A stretch of DNA of 64,000 nt from Sphyrna mokarran (Eukaryota), in the NCBI GenBank assembly GCA_024679065.1, contig JAGIQG010000009.1, positions 100,068,001 to 100,132,000 on the forward strand, in the 5' to 3' direction. Shown in pieces: positions 27,020 through 39,064 of the stretch (position 1 is its first letter; the number at the start of each line of letters is the position of its first letter). A program made the translations under genes and the position numbers. The notes under the pieces were generated by a model, which worked only from the letters and a program-made list of their open reading frames with translations, made no database searches and was not told the DNA's origin.

Positions 27020-27625
27020 GGACGTCTTGAAGGACGCTGAGGAATCCAGTATCTACAGGTCAGCGTTCATGAGTTTGGTAGTTGTTGTTGGAGTTGCTTT
27101 AATGGATTTCAGCAGACTAATCGTATGCACAATAATGCAACGTTCTAAGTTTGGCTTGCGTGCTTGAAGGCATAGGTGGCGCCTAAGGATTGGTGGCAAA
27201 TGGATTGCAGTTGAGCATCAAGTGATCTGCATTCTCTTGGATTGCGTTGAAGTTCTTGAGTGTTGTTGGAGCTGTATCTATTATGACAGCTCGCGGCTTA
27301 ATCCTTAATCGAACGTTGGAGATGGTGAAGAACATTTGGGGACGTGCCGGGTGGAGACAGATTTGTTTCACTGATTAGATAATTACGAAAATCTAATTTG
27401 CTGTTCTCGCCAAAGCATTTATACATCTGACACTGTTAATTTTCTCGTCATGGTCGACCGAATTGATTTTTATAACGAAGCATTCAGTGCCTTCATTGTC
27501 GTTTAATTTAATGGATACGTTTCAGCATTTGTCTTCTTGGATCAGTTTGCTGAAAGACAATTCTGTGCCCGAATGCGTATTGTCAAACGTCAGATCAAAC
27601 CAGGAAAATCAGGAAAACCTGAATT
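27020..27625 (-). mobile_element. Ancient CR1/L2-group LINE relic forming part of the array unit (representative copy)
   Basis: Translations APTTLKNFNAIQENADHL (27183-27371) and WLDKWQVAF (29008-29295) resemble ORF2 C-terminal motifs; the block recurs at the same position in most units. Confidence 0.7.
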
Positions 27626-28060
27626 TGGGGTGATATCATGATAATTTTGCTAGTCTGAGAAAAATACACCAATTTAGTGAAATTCACTGAATGATGCTGA
27701 ATCCTTTCGTTAGCAGAAGTGGTTGTGCATAACTATGCAATGATTACAGCTAACTGAATCAAATATTTGCAAATTGAACAGATAGATCAATTCTGCGATT
27801 CTGTGATTCTGTGAATTACGCTAAATGACTGGGAACAACATTCTAGTCGTAAATGGAATCATGAGTCAAGAAAAAGTTGAAGTCGAGACCATTAAAGGTG
27901 ACGTTTTACGTGGCGGGATTCGACCAAAGTTCATTATGTGTCTGTTTTGCTAATGCTTTAGTTAATCAAACCCTCCAAACTATTAAGCGTGACATTGAGG
28001 AGCATTTAGATTGTTGGAAGAAGATTGGTTCAAAATAAAGTTAACTTCTTGGTATGTTCT

Positions 28061-28087
28061 CTGATCTTATGTCCATCTTGTCTTGAT
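28061..28087 (-). pseudogene. Array microexon copy, donor lost (DQDKMDIRS)
   Basis: cAG|ATCAAGACAAGATGGACATAAGATCAG|AGAACA. Confidence 0.5.
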
Positions 28088-29636
28088 CTGCTCAAATGAA
28101 GAAATCAAGCTAATTAACCGGTACAAAGCTCAAAGAGTCCTACAGAACTATTGAAATTTCAAATGACCTGAAATTGATCTCGATTTCTTCTCAGCAACCG
28201 ACTTCCCTGCTCAAACATCCATCGCTTCGGTTCTTGATTTAAAATTGTATTAGCTGTGGGGTTTTGCTTTCAGTCTTGCCATAATTAAATTGATGTAATG
28301 GGATGGAATTCGGAATCAATGATTTCCATTTGAAGGACAGCTATTTATTTTTTTGGACTTCCGTTTTGTTGTTAATTAACGGTAACTACACATTTGGAAC
28401 AGCTCTTTATTGGAAAAACAAGGGCCAACTTTTTTATACTCCCACATTAAAAGTTTTGGATGCTAACCAAACCAGAAATTAATGCTCATCAGAAGGCAGA
28501 GCTGATCTACATCGATGAAACCCTACAGATCATGCAGCCTTGCATATCTTCAGTACTACTGATAATCGTGTGCAGTTATTCTGATACAGTAAAATTGATG
28601 ACACAACAATATATTTTAACGTCGGGTGGCGTTTCCCAGATCTTCGGGCGACTTGTTTTTGAAGGTTGCCGAGAAATTCCGTTTCCAGGTGACAGCGGCC
28701 ATATGTTTGGTATTTGCCATTGGAGACATTTTGATGAATTTCATCAGACGAATATTGTGAATAATGCTTCATTCGTGTGCGTTTGGCGTATATGCTTGAG
28801 GGGATAGGTAGGGCTTTATATGTTGTTGGCTGAGGGAGTGGTGTTGAACGTAAAAATGCTTGTTTTCCATCAGATGGCTTTGACGATGAGGGTTGTTGGA
28901 GTTACACCTACCATGGCAGGTCGAGGCTATTCAATCATACTCCTTAAGTACACTTTTCAGATGGTGGATAAATTTTTGGGAGGAATTGGATGAGACAAGA
29001 GAGATGATTAATGCGTTAGTGCCTCGAACCTGGCACTCTCCAGTTTCTGGTCGAATTCGACCTTAAAATTTTTAAGAAGGATACATTCAGCGAATACTTT
29101 GCCAACCAATTTCAATTGATGACGGTTATGATTTACTCTTTTCGGAGCAGTTTGTTGTCTCGCAATTCTATGCATGAATGCAACTTGCCACTTGTCAAGC
29201 CAAACAAGGAATGCCAAGAGAACTTGAGATTCCATTGAGCCACTTGAAAATATTGATAAAATAAGACAAACAAATTTAGTCCAGTGTTCACTCACTCGCT
29301 AATTGGATAACGCAAAATCCTACTACTAATGATAATGTTCGAGTATCACTATGTGATAATTGCTGTCATCTAGATCAAACTTTTGCCAAATGAACAGCTG
29401 GACAAATTACAAACAATGACTGAGGACATTAATGTAAGCAAGTGAAAGCAAGTGTAAATAATAATTGAAGCCAATACCGTGAGAATCGAAATTTTATGAG
29501 ACGAAAGAAGATTAGAAAGCAATTGGAATGAGTTTTCTTGTTGACTTGGTTGAGCAAAAGCTCCAAAATATCAAGAGTGGCATTGAGTCCGATTTTGGAA
29601 GAAGAGATACAGAAAGTTGACTTCTTGAAATGTGAC

Positions 29637-29663
29637 TTGATCTTATGTCCATCTTGTCTCGAT
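29637..29663 (-). CDS. Array microexon (DRDKMDIRS)
   Basis: tAG|ATCGAGACAAGATGGACATAAGATCAA|GTCACA; weak donor. Confidence 0.45.
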
Positions 29664-30479
29664 CTACCCAAATGGAAAAGTAAGGCAAACTAATCGTTCG
29701 AAAGATCGTGCCGGCCCATAGAGTTTCTCAGATTTCGAACGGCGTGTCATTGGCCTTCATTCAGTAATTCCCTATATCAGGTAGCGACTTTCCTGCTCAA
29801 AATACTATCACGTTCCCCATCTTAATGCAATATTACTTTATCCGCAGCATTTTGATTTCAGGCTTATCAAAATGAAATTGCTGTAATGGAAATTAATGAT
29901 ATATAATCGAAAAAAAAGTTACTGATTTTCTGGTCCTCCTTCGTTTTCACTATTCATAGCGGTTAACACAAAAGAGGAATCCCTCTTTTGTAATTAGTGG
30001 TCTTCAGAAGGCTTAGGTGATCTACATACTTGAAACCCTACAGGCCATACAGAGTAAGTAAATCCACAGTGCTGTTGGTGAGCGTGCATATGATTTTGAT
30101 AAAACAAAATTAATGTCACACCAATACATTTTAATGTCGGGTGGCATTGTCGAGGAGTTGCTGGGGGTGAGTGACGAGTGGGGGTGGTAGTAGGGGAAAG
30201 GGGGCTACTTGCATTTGCCAATTCTCGAGGAATTCCTTTCTTACAGGACAAGGGTCATGTCATCAAATTCACTATTGGAGTTATTTTGATGGTTTCTAGC
30301 AAAACAGTTTGTGCACATTGCTGCAACGAGTTTGGCCTGAATATTGAGGGGGTAGTGCAATTGGCATTAGTTTTATTGTTACCTTAAGCCATCACTCCAA
30401 ATGAATAAGATTGGCTTAAAGTCAAATAGGCATTATTGAATGAAGAGAGGTACGAAAAAAATGCGTTCTGTTGTGTCAC

Positions 30480-30506
30480 CTGATCTTCTGTCCATTTTGT
30501 CTCGAT
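30480..30506 (-). CDS. Array microexon (DRDKMDRRS)
   Basis: cAG|ATCGAGACAAAATGGACAGAAGATCAG|GTGACA; AAG>AAA is synonymous in phase 1. Confidence 0.55.
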
Positions 30507-32115
30507 CTGCTCAAATGGAGAAAGAAAACAATTTACTCGTACCAAACCTTGAGCCGTCCCCCAGAACTCATTAGATTTCAAATGCCCTGTCATTGACCTT
30601 TATCAGTAATTCGCTTTATTTTCAAGTTGCATCTTTCCTTTTCAAACTTTCATCACTTCTCCTCCGAATTTAAAATTGTCAATATTTTCATTTCACTCTT
30701 GCTGAATGCAATTAATGTAATGGGAAGCTAATTACAATTAATGATTTCCAATTGAAAAATATTTATTTATTACCTGACTGTCTAGTTAAAAGCGTTATGG
30801 TTCAATTATGAATCCCATTTTTAACAATAAAGCATAACTTGAACGCTCTATTATAATCATTCTGAAAAGTAACGTTTGCCAGCTGGAGCAAAATCAATGC
30901 TCATTAGCAATTGGAGGTGATCTGCCTCCATGGAGTCCTGCAGGCCATGCACTGCCCGAAAACACAGATTGTTCATTGTATGCATGTCATTTGAATTGGC
31001 ACAGCAATATTGATGGTTCCGCAATATATTTAAATGTAGCTTGGTTTTGGCCTGGAGTAGGGATGGGGAGGGCCTTAAAGGATGTCGAGGAACTCAGTTT
31101 CTGCAGGTCAGCGTTCATGTGTTTGTAAATTGCTGTTGGAATTGTTGTGGTGAATTTCAGCAGAAGAATATTGTGCACAATAACGCAACAGTGTGCATTT
31201 GGCATGTGTCATTGACGCGGAAGGTAAGGCATTTCACAAGTGTTGATTGAAGGAGTGCGGACTAACGTCAAGCCGTCTGCATTGTATGGGTTGGTGTTGT
31301 GGCTGTTTAGTTTATTTTTGGAGCTATATCTATGAAGACAGGTGAAGGCTCTTCAAGCTTACTCCTGAATTGTACGTTACAGACGGTAGACAACATTTTG
31401 GGCAGATTCCAAATGAAAGAAGAGGCAATTAACTCGTTACCAGCTTCGAAAACTCGAATCCGTTATTTTAGCCGCATTATTTTTTCTTAAGTACTATTCA
31501 ATTTCGATTCAAAGTCGAACGCACGGGTATTTATAACGGATGATTCAGTGACTGTACTGACAGTTGGTCTCTTTGGATGGCTTTTATGTATTTGTCTTCT
31601 TGGATCAGTTTGCTACATCACAATGCTGTGGCCCGAAACCTACTTTTGCATTGGCAGATAAAATCAGTAAAATCAGGAGAACTCGAAGTTTGGTAGATAA
31701 GCTTGAAAATATTGTTATTTGCAGACGGATAACACATTTAGTAGAATGTGAGGCCAATGTGTGGTCGCTCATTGCATAATGCAAAAAAAATATTTTTAGC
31801 GGAAAATGTCCATCCTTACTCTATGACAATTACAACCAAATTAATCAAGCATTTGCAACTTGAACAGATAGATCAATTTCGTGCAATGTCTATGGGCATC
31901 ATTCTCAAATTTAATGAAGGAAGGACCAAGAACAATTGAAGTCAATATAAGTAAAGACGAAACTTTACAAAACGAGATGTGACCAAAGTGCAATAGATGC
32001 TCATTTTGCTGACGACTTAGTTATGCAAACCCACTAAAATATTAAGAATGGTATTGAAGAACACTTAGGTTGTTCGAGAAAGGGAGGTATGGAATTTGAT
32101 TTCTTGAAATATCAC

Positions 32116-32142
32116 CTGATCTTATGTCCATCATGTCTCGAG
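32116..32142 (-). CDS. Array microexon (ARDMMDIRS)
   Basis: cAG|CTCGAGACATGATGGACATAAGATCAG|GTGATA. Confidence 0.55.
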
Positions 32143-33706
32143 CTGCTCAAATGGAAAAGTAAAGTTATGTAATCGATCTAACATCGAAGCATATCACAGT
32201 ACGGATGAGATTTCATATGAGGTGTCATTGACCTTTATCAATAACTCACTTTATTTTCAGGAAGCCAAATTCCTCCTCACGATTCAATCAATTTTCCTAT
32301 TAGTTTAAAATTCCACTATCTGCAGTGTTTTGCTTTCACACATGCCAAAAGAAAATCGATGTAAATGGAAACTATTCGGAATTAATGATTTCCAATTAAA
32401 AGAACGCTCTTTCTTTGCTGCCCTCCTCCATTACGTTGGATGATAGCCCTAACACTGAATTAGAAATTCCTCTTATTGTAAGAAAAGACCATTTACTTTT
32501 TTGCATTAATTCATGAGAAGACCAGAAATTAATGTTCGTCAGAAGGCGGAGGTGATCTGCATCCAGGATGCCCCGCAGACCATTCAATGTACCGATATCG
32601 ACAGAGCTGATGGCAAGCGTGTACCATCATTTTCATACAGCAGCCTTGATGGCACGGCAATATGCTTTACATTCGGGCGATGCTGTCTAGGCCTTGAATG
32701 ACTGGAACTTGAAGGCCGTCAATGATTCACGTTTCCATACGAAAGTAGTCATGTGATTCTAATTTGTTATTGAAGTTGTTTTGATGAATAGGAACAGAAG
32801 GATGTTAAGAACATAGATGCAGGGTGTGCTATTCACTTGTGTGATTACGAGGCCGTGTGTATCCGTTCTATATTGTTGGCTGACAGAAAGAGGTTGAGCA
32901 TCAAGCCGTTTGTTCCCTGTTTGATGACGTTGAAGTTCTTGACTATTGTAGCGAGATCTATCATGACAATTCGCGACTATTGCATCATTCTTTTTAAATT
33001 GTAGGTTATAGATGGTGGACGGATTTTGCGGAGGAGTTGAATCCGATAAGGGTAAGCCCGTTTCACGTTTCTTCAACCTCAAGAATAATAGAGCTGGCAT
33101 TATTCAGTTTCTAGTCAAGGATGTAGATTGCAGTTGGTATGGGGAGGAGGAGTGGATTTAACGATTTTATTGCCAATTAATCTCAATGGAAGAAGGATAT
33201 GCATTTCTCCCTTGGAGCAGTTTATAGCCTCAGAATTCTCTGGCCCGAATTCATGTTTACTTTTCAGGCCAGACGGGAAAATCAGCAGAATGTGAGTTTC
33301 CATTGAGCAGCTTGAATACGTTAACAATCTCAGACAAACACGCTACTTTAGTACAGTGCGTGACCACTTGCTAATTGAATAATGCATAATCCTTTGATTC
33401 GCGATAATGGTCGAGCAGTACGTGTGATAATTACAGTCACCTGAAATAACTATTGCCCAAAAGGTTACTAGCGACACTCCATTACTGAGAACATTCTTCT
33501 ACTAGTAAAAGTAAGGGCGTTTCAAGAATATTGAAGTCAATACATCAAAAATAAAATTTTACGAGATTTTTTTTTAAAACAAGCAAGTGGCATTAGATTT
33601 ATTGTTGGCTCAGTTAAGCAACCATACAAAATATTCAGAATGGCATTGACTCAGATTTAGTTTTTTTGGAAGAAAACTACGAACATTTGGCTTCTTGCTC
33701 TGTTAC

Positions 33707-33733
33707 CTGAACTCATGCCTATGTTGTCCAAAT
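33707..33733 (-). pseudogene. Array microexon copy, acceptor CAG>CTG (DLDNIGMSS); an in-frame GAG 3 nt upstream could rescue it as 30 nt
   Basis: gagcTG|ATTTGGACAACATAGGCATGAGTTCAG|GTAACA. Confidence 0.45.
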
Positions 33734-35393
33734 CAGCTCCTTTTGAGAAGTAAAGCAAAATATTCGCTCCAAAGCTCGACTGTCCCATGGAGTGCATCCT
33801 AGTTCAAATGACGCCTCATTGATTGGCATTCATCAGTAATTTGCTTTCATTTCAGAAAGCCGCATTCTTTTCAAGCATTATTCGCTTCCCCTCTTACGTT
33901 TACATTACATTCCTGTATTGTTTTGATTCATCTTTGCCAGAATTGAAGTGATGCGAAGCTAATAGGAATAACTTATTTCCGATTGTAGGAAAGCTATTGA
34001 TTCCTGGCCCTTTTCCATTTGGTGGTTAATCGCGTTAACGATAAATTAAGCATTCTTTTCTTATCAAAAAAACCCTTTGTATTCATCAATTAGAAGTAGT
34101 GGTTGACGGATAGAGCAGAAATTAATGTTCATTAGAATGTGGATGTTGTCAGCATTCATAAAAGCCTGCAGACCATGCAGTGTCCAAGAATCCAGATTGC
34201 TGTTTGTGTGCGTGTTTCTTGATTTTGGCAGAGCCCAATTGATGACTCAACAATATATTTTACGGCCACTTGGTTTTGGCATAATCCGGGAAGGCAGTAA
34301 GGGAGGGGGAGACGGAAGGGTGGAGAAGGTAGGGTAGAGAGGAGAGAAGGGATTGGAGGGGTGGCACTTGAAGGATATCCAATAATTTAGTTTCTACAGG
34401 TGAACGTTCATCTGTTTGGACGTTGCTATTACAATTGTTTTAATGAATTGTAACAGACGATTCTTTTGCGTGACAGTGTAATTGTGTGGTTTTGTTTGTT
34501 CCGTTTACGGAGAAGGTGGGATATTTCCTGATTGTTTTCTGACGGAATGCTGATCAACGTCAAGCCACCTGTATTGTATTGGTTGGCAGTATAGTTGTTC
34601 TGTGTTGTTGGATCTATATCTATAAATGGGAAGTCGAGGTGTTTCAAGATTACTTTTGGATTCCATATCGTTGAAGATGAACAGCATTTCAGGGTCTTGC
34701 CCGATGGAACTAAACGAGATTACCTCTTTACATGCTTCTTGAAAATAATCCGCTATTTTAATACTTATAAAACAGACACTGTTCAGTTAGTCATGTTCGA
34801 ACCGAAGAACATTTTGCAACGAATCGTTCAACGACTGTATTGCCATTTAATCACGACGGATGGTCTTTACGTAATTTGTGTCCTTGGATGAGTCTGTAGC
34901 ATCGCAATTCTGTGTCCCCAATTCTACTTGCCAACTGTGAGATCAAATCGGTAGAATCAGCAGAACATGAATTCCGTTGTTAAGTTTGAAAATTGTATCA
35001 ATGGCAGACAGGAATACAGATTTAGCATGACTATTAGCTCGTTGAATATTGCAAAATCATATTATTTGAAGAAATGCTCAGCCATAACTGCGCAAAAATT
35101 ACAGTCAAATCCGTCAAGTATTTGTCAATTGAATAGGTGGGTCTTCCACACCCAATGACAGAGAGCGTAATTTTCCAAGTAAATGGAAGCAAGCGTCAAC
35201 AATAATTGAAATCACTACCTCTAAAAAGACAATCTTACGAGACGAGATGAGACCAAAAAGGTAAGTGCAATTAGTATTGTTTTCCCTGTTGCCTTAGTTA
35301 AGCAACAGCTCCAAAATATTAGGAGTTTCTCTGAGTCAGATTGGGATTACTGGAAGAAGACTGATATGGAAAGTTGACTTCTTGAAATGATAC

Positions 35394-35420
35394 CTGATCT
35401 TATGTCCATCTTGTATCGAT
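35394..35420 (-). CDS. Array microexon (DRYKMDIRS)
   Basis: cAG|ATCGATACAAGATGGACATAAGATCAG|GTATCA. Confidence 0.55.
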
Positions 35421-37064
35421 CTGTCGATATCGAGAAGTAAAACAAATTTATCATTCCAAAACTCGTGCTGTTCCACATAACGACACAATTTTCAAATTAC
35501 GTGGCATGGACCTTCAGCAATATTTCGCTTCAATTTTAGGTAGGACTTTCCTACTTAAAATGTCAATACAATTTTTCTTATCTTTCTTTTTATCCGCAGT
35601 ATTTTGAATTTAATCTCGACAAAATGAAACTGATATAATGGGGAGCTAATGATAATTAATCATATCAAATTGAAAGAGCTAAAGTTATCTTCTAGCCCTC
35701 TTCAACGTTGTTGGTTAATAACGGCAACATCAAAATAGGAATCTCTCATTTTTGTAAAAAAAATAATTAACAACTTGTTGTTCCTTTATATCCTCATTGG
35801 GGACTAATGTTTGTCGGTATGGCTGAAGTCAATATTCATCAAAGGTTGGAAGAGATTTGCATTCCTCGAGACCCTATAGAACATGTAGAGTACGTATATC
35901 CACAGCATTGTTGATAAGCATGTACAAAGTTTCGAAACAGCATTTTTGATGGCAGGACCATATGGTTTAATACCAGATGGTGCTGTAAAGGGTTGTATGT
36001 GTGTGTATGTGGGTAGGGGTGCGTTGGGGAGGGAAGAGGGGTTTCTAGTTGAAGGTTGTCGAGTAATTGCGTTTCTACAGATCAACAGTTGGAATTTGCT
36101 GTTGCATTGTTTCGATTAATTCAAGCAAAATAATATTGTACACACCGATGCAACGGTGCGTGTTTGACTTGTGGGGATGAGGGGGTAGATGGGGCCGTTA
36201 AGTAATATTGGCTGACAGAGAGCAATATAACATCAAACGGTGTGCTTTCTACAGATGGCATTAACACGATTGAACCTGTTGAATGTTGTCCATGAGCTAT
36301 ATCCAGGATGGCTGTTCTAGCTTTGCAGTCATACTCCTTAATTATTCGTTGCAGATAGTGGACAGAATGATGGGGAGAAGTTGATAGGGCCCGAGGTGAT
36401 TAATTCCTTAAATGCTTATTAGCCTCTAATCTGCTAACCTCGATATATTATTGATGCAGCTAGCACTGTGCATTTTATATTCAATATTGGTGCCAACAAT
36501 TTTTATGAAGGTTGACTCAGCGATTGTATTGCAAATTAATCTCAATGGGTAAATGTTATTTCTTTCTCCGTTTGGAACAATTTGTTGCCTCACAATTCTC
36601 TGACCCGAATAATAATTTTCACTTGTCAGGCCAAATTGGGAATATGAGGAGAACTTGTGTTTCCTTAGAGCATTTTGAAATAATCACAATCTAAAAAAAA
36701 GTCACCACTAAAGTACAGTGTCTAACTGGATAATGAAAATGGTATTATTAGCTACAATGGTCGAGCATTACAGTGTGATAATTACATCACTTGAATCAAA
36801 GATTTGCAACTGAACAGATGGATCAATGAGACACAGGGACTGACTACATTATTGTCTAAATGAATTGAAGCAAACATTAAGAATAACTGAAATCTATACC
36901 ACTTAGTGCCAAATTTTACGAGACAAGTCAAAGCCAGAGTGCAATTAATATTAATTTCACTGTTGCCATAAGTAAAGCCATCCCTCGACATTAATAGGAA
37001 TGACATTGAATCAGGTTGACATTTATGGAAGAAGAGGGGTAAAGTTGGCTTCTTGTTATGTCAC

Positions 37065-37091
37065 CTGATCTTCTGTCCATCTTGTCTCGAT
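37065..37091 (-). CDS. Array microexon (DRDKMDRRS)
   Basis: cAG|ATCGAGACAAGATGGACAGAAGATCAG|GTGACA. Confidence 0.55.
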
Positions 37092-37345
37092 CTGCTCAAA
37101 TAGAGAAGTAAATCGTTACAAAGTTTGAGCCATCCCACAGAACATGCCAAATTTCAAATGACGTGTTACTTGCATTCTTCAGTAATTCGCTTTCTTTCCA
37201 GTCAGCCCCTTTTCTCTTCAGACTTTCGTCACTTCTCTTATTTTAAAGCTCCTTATTCTGCAGTATTTTGATGTCAGTCTTGCCAAAATGAAATTGATGT
37301 GATGTGAAGCTAATAAGAATTATTGAATTTCAATTGAAAGAAAAC

Positions 37346-37387
37346 TAGAACACTACAGCACAAACACGCCCTTCGGCCCACAAGTTG
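37346..37387 (-). mobile_element. ~40-bp CR1 3'-tail-only insertion
   Basis: tagaacactacagcacaaacacgcccttcggcc matches 4655-4689 (tagaacactacagcacagaacaggcccttcggcc); absent from the other units. Confidence 0.8.
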
Positions 37388-38709
37388 TTTCTTTCCTGAA
37401 TCTCCGTTTTGGCGGTTTATAACATGAACACCAAATTAGGAAAGCCTCACTTGTAACAACAAAAAGCCAATTTTTACTCTCTTTATATTCCTCCATGAGA
37501 AGTAGTCTTTGCAAGCTGGAGCTCTATTAATGCTCATTAGAATGTGGAAATGGTCTGCATCCATGAAAATCTGCAGAACACACACTGTCCGAAAATCCAG
37601 ACTGCTGTTTGTATGCGTGTTCCTTGATTTTGGTTCGGAAAATTGATAGCTCCACAATATATTTTAAGGTCAGCACGAGGTGGGGATGTGGGGTTGGTGG
37701 GGGGCGGCGTGGAGGGGATGGTGGGTATTAGTTGGGATTGAATGATATCAAAGAATGTCTACAGGAAAGCCTGTATTTGTAAATTGTTATTGGACGTATT
37801 TTGATGAATTTCAGCAGACGGGTTTTGCGCACAATCATGAAACGGTGTGAGTTTGGCTTGTGTCGTTGACGGGGTAGCTGGGACATTTCACGATTGTTGT
37901 TTGGCAATCTGCGGATTCACATCAAGCCGCCAGCATTACATTGGTTGGCATTATGGTTGTTAACCGTTGTTGGAACTATATTTATCATGCCAGGTCAAGG
38001 GTGTTCAAGCTTACTCCGGAGTTGTACAATGCTGGTGGTGTATAGCATTCTGAGGAGTTTGCGGATGGAACAAGAAGTGATTAACTCGTCCCACATGTCC
38101 AAATCCAAACCTGCAAGAGACGCTGTTCAATTTATTGTCAAGTTCGATCTTAAGGATTATTTAGGACAGTGGATTCAGCGAGTATATTGCCATTTAATGC
38201 CAACGCATAAGCGTTGTGTTTATGCCTTCGTGGATCAGTTGGCTGCATCTCAATTCGTTAGCCCAATATGCCACCTTGTCCGTTGTCAAGGTAAATCTGG
38301 AAAATTCAGGCGAACTTGGATTTGGGAGGATAAGCGTGAAGATCTTGTCCATTGCAGACAAATGTTCCAATGTAGCAGAGTGGGTGACATTTCATTCATT
38401 GAATAATGTAAATTCCTATTGTGTGCAGAAATGGAGCAGCATAATCGCTCAATTACAGTCAAATCAATCAAGAATTTTCAATTATTCACATAGGTGAATT
38501 ACACACAGTGGAAGCAGACGTTAACAATAATTGAAATCAACATGCTAAAGACGAAATTTTACAAGACAAGAACATAGATAGTACAGATGATATTACCTTT
38601 CCTCCTGCCTTTATTAAGCAACAACTCCAAAATATTAAGATTGGCATCGAGTCAGATTGAGATGACTGGAAGAAGAAAGGAACGGAAATCTCTCTTCATG
38701 AAATGTTAC

Positions 38710-38736
38710 CTGATCTTATGTCCATCTTATTTCGAT
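38710..38736 (-). CDS. Array microexon (DRNKMDIRS)
   Basis: cAG|ATCGAAATAAGATGGACATAAGATCAG|GTAACA; phases 0 and 2 both contain TAA, only phase 1 is open. Confidence 0.55.
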
Positions 38737-39064
38737 CTGCTCCAATGTAGAAGTAAAGCAAATTAATGGTGTCAAAAAGCGAGCCACCTCACAGATCTGA
38801 TATAGTTTCAAATGGCGTGTCATTGACTTTCATCAGGAACTCGTTTTCTTTTCAGATATCTTCTTCCCTTCTCAAATGTTCATCACTTCCCCTCTCAATT
38901 TAAAATTCCTTTACCTGAACTATTGTGATTTCAGTCTTACCAAAATGAAATTAATGCAATGCGAAGCAAATCGGAGTTACTGATTTCCACTTGAAAGGAC
39001 ACTGTTTATTTTCTGGCCCTCCTCCGTTTGGTGGACACAAGTCTGATTTTTTTTTTAACCACAG

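Noticed and set aside
28470-28530. Second possible minus-strand exon in the unit (tctgcAG...aatttctg|GT)
   Set aside because: About 50 nt long, GT absent in many copies, and stops in several frames
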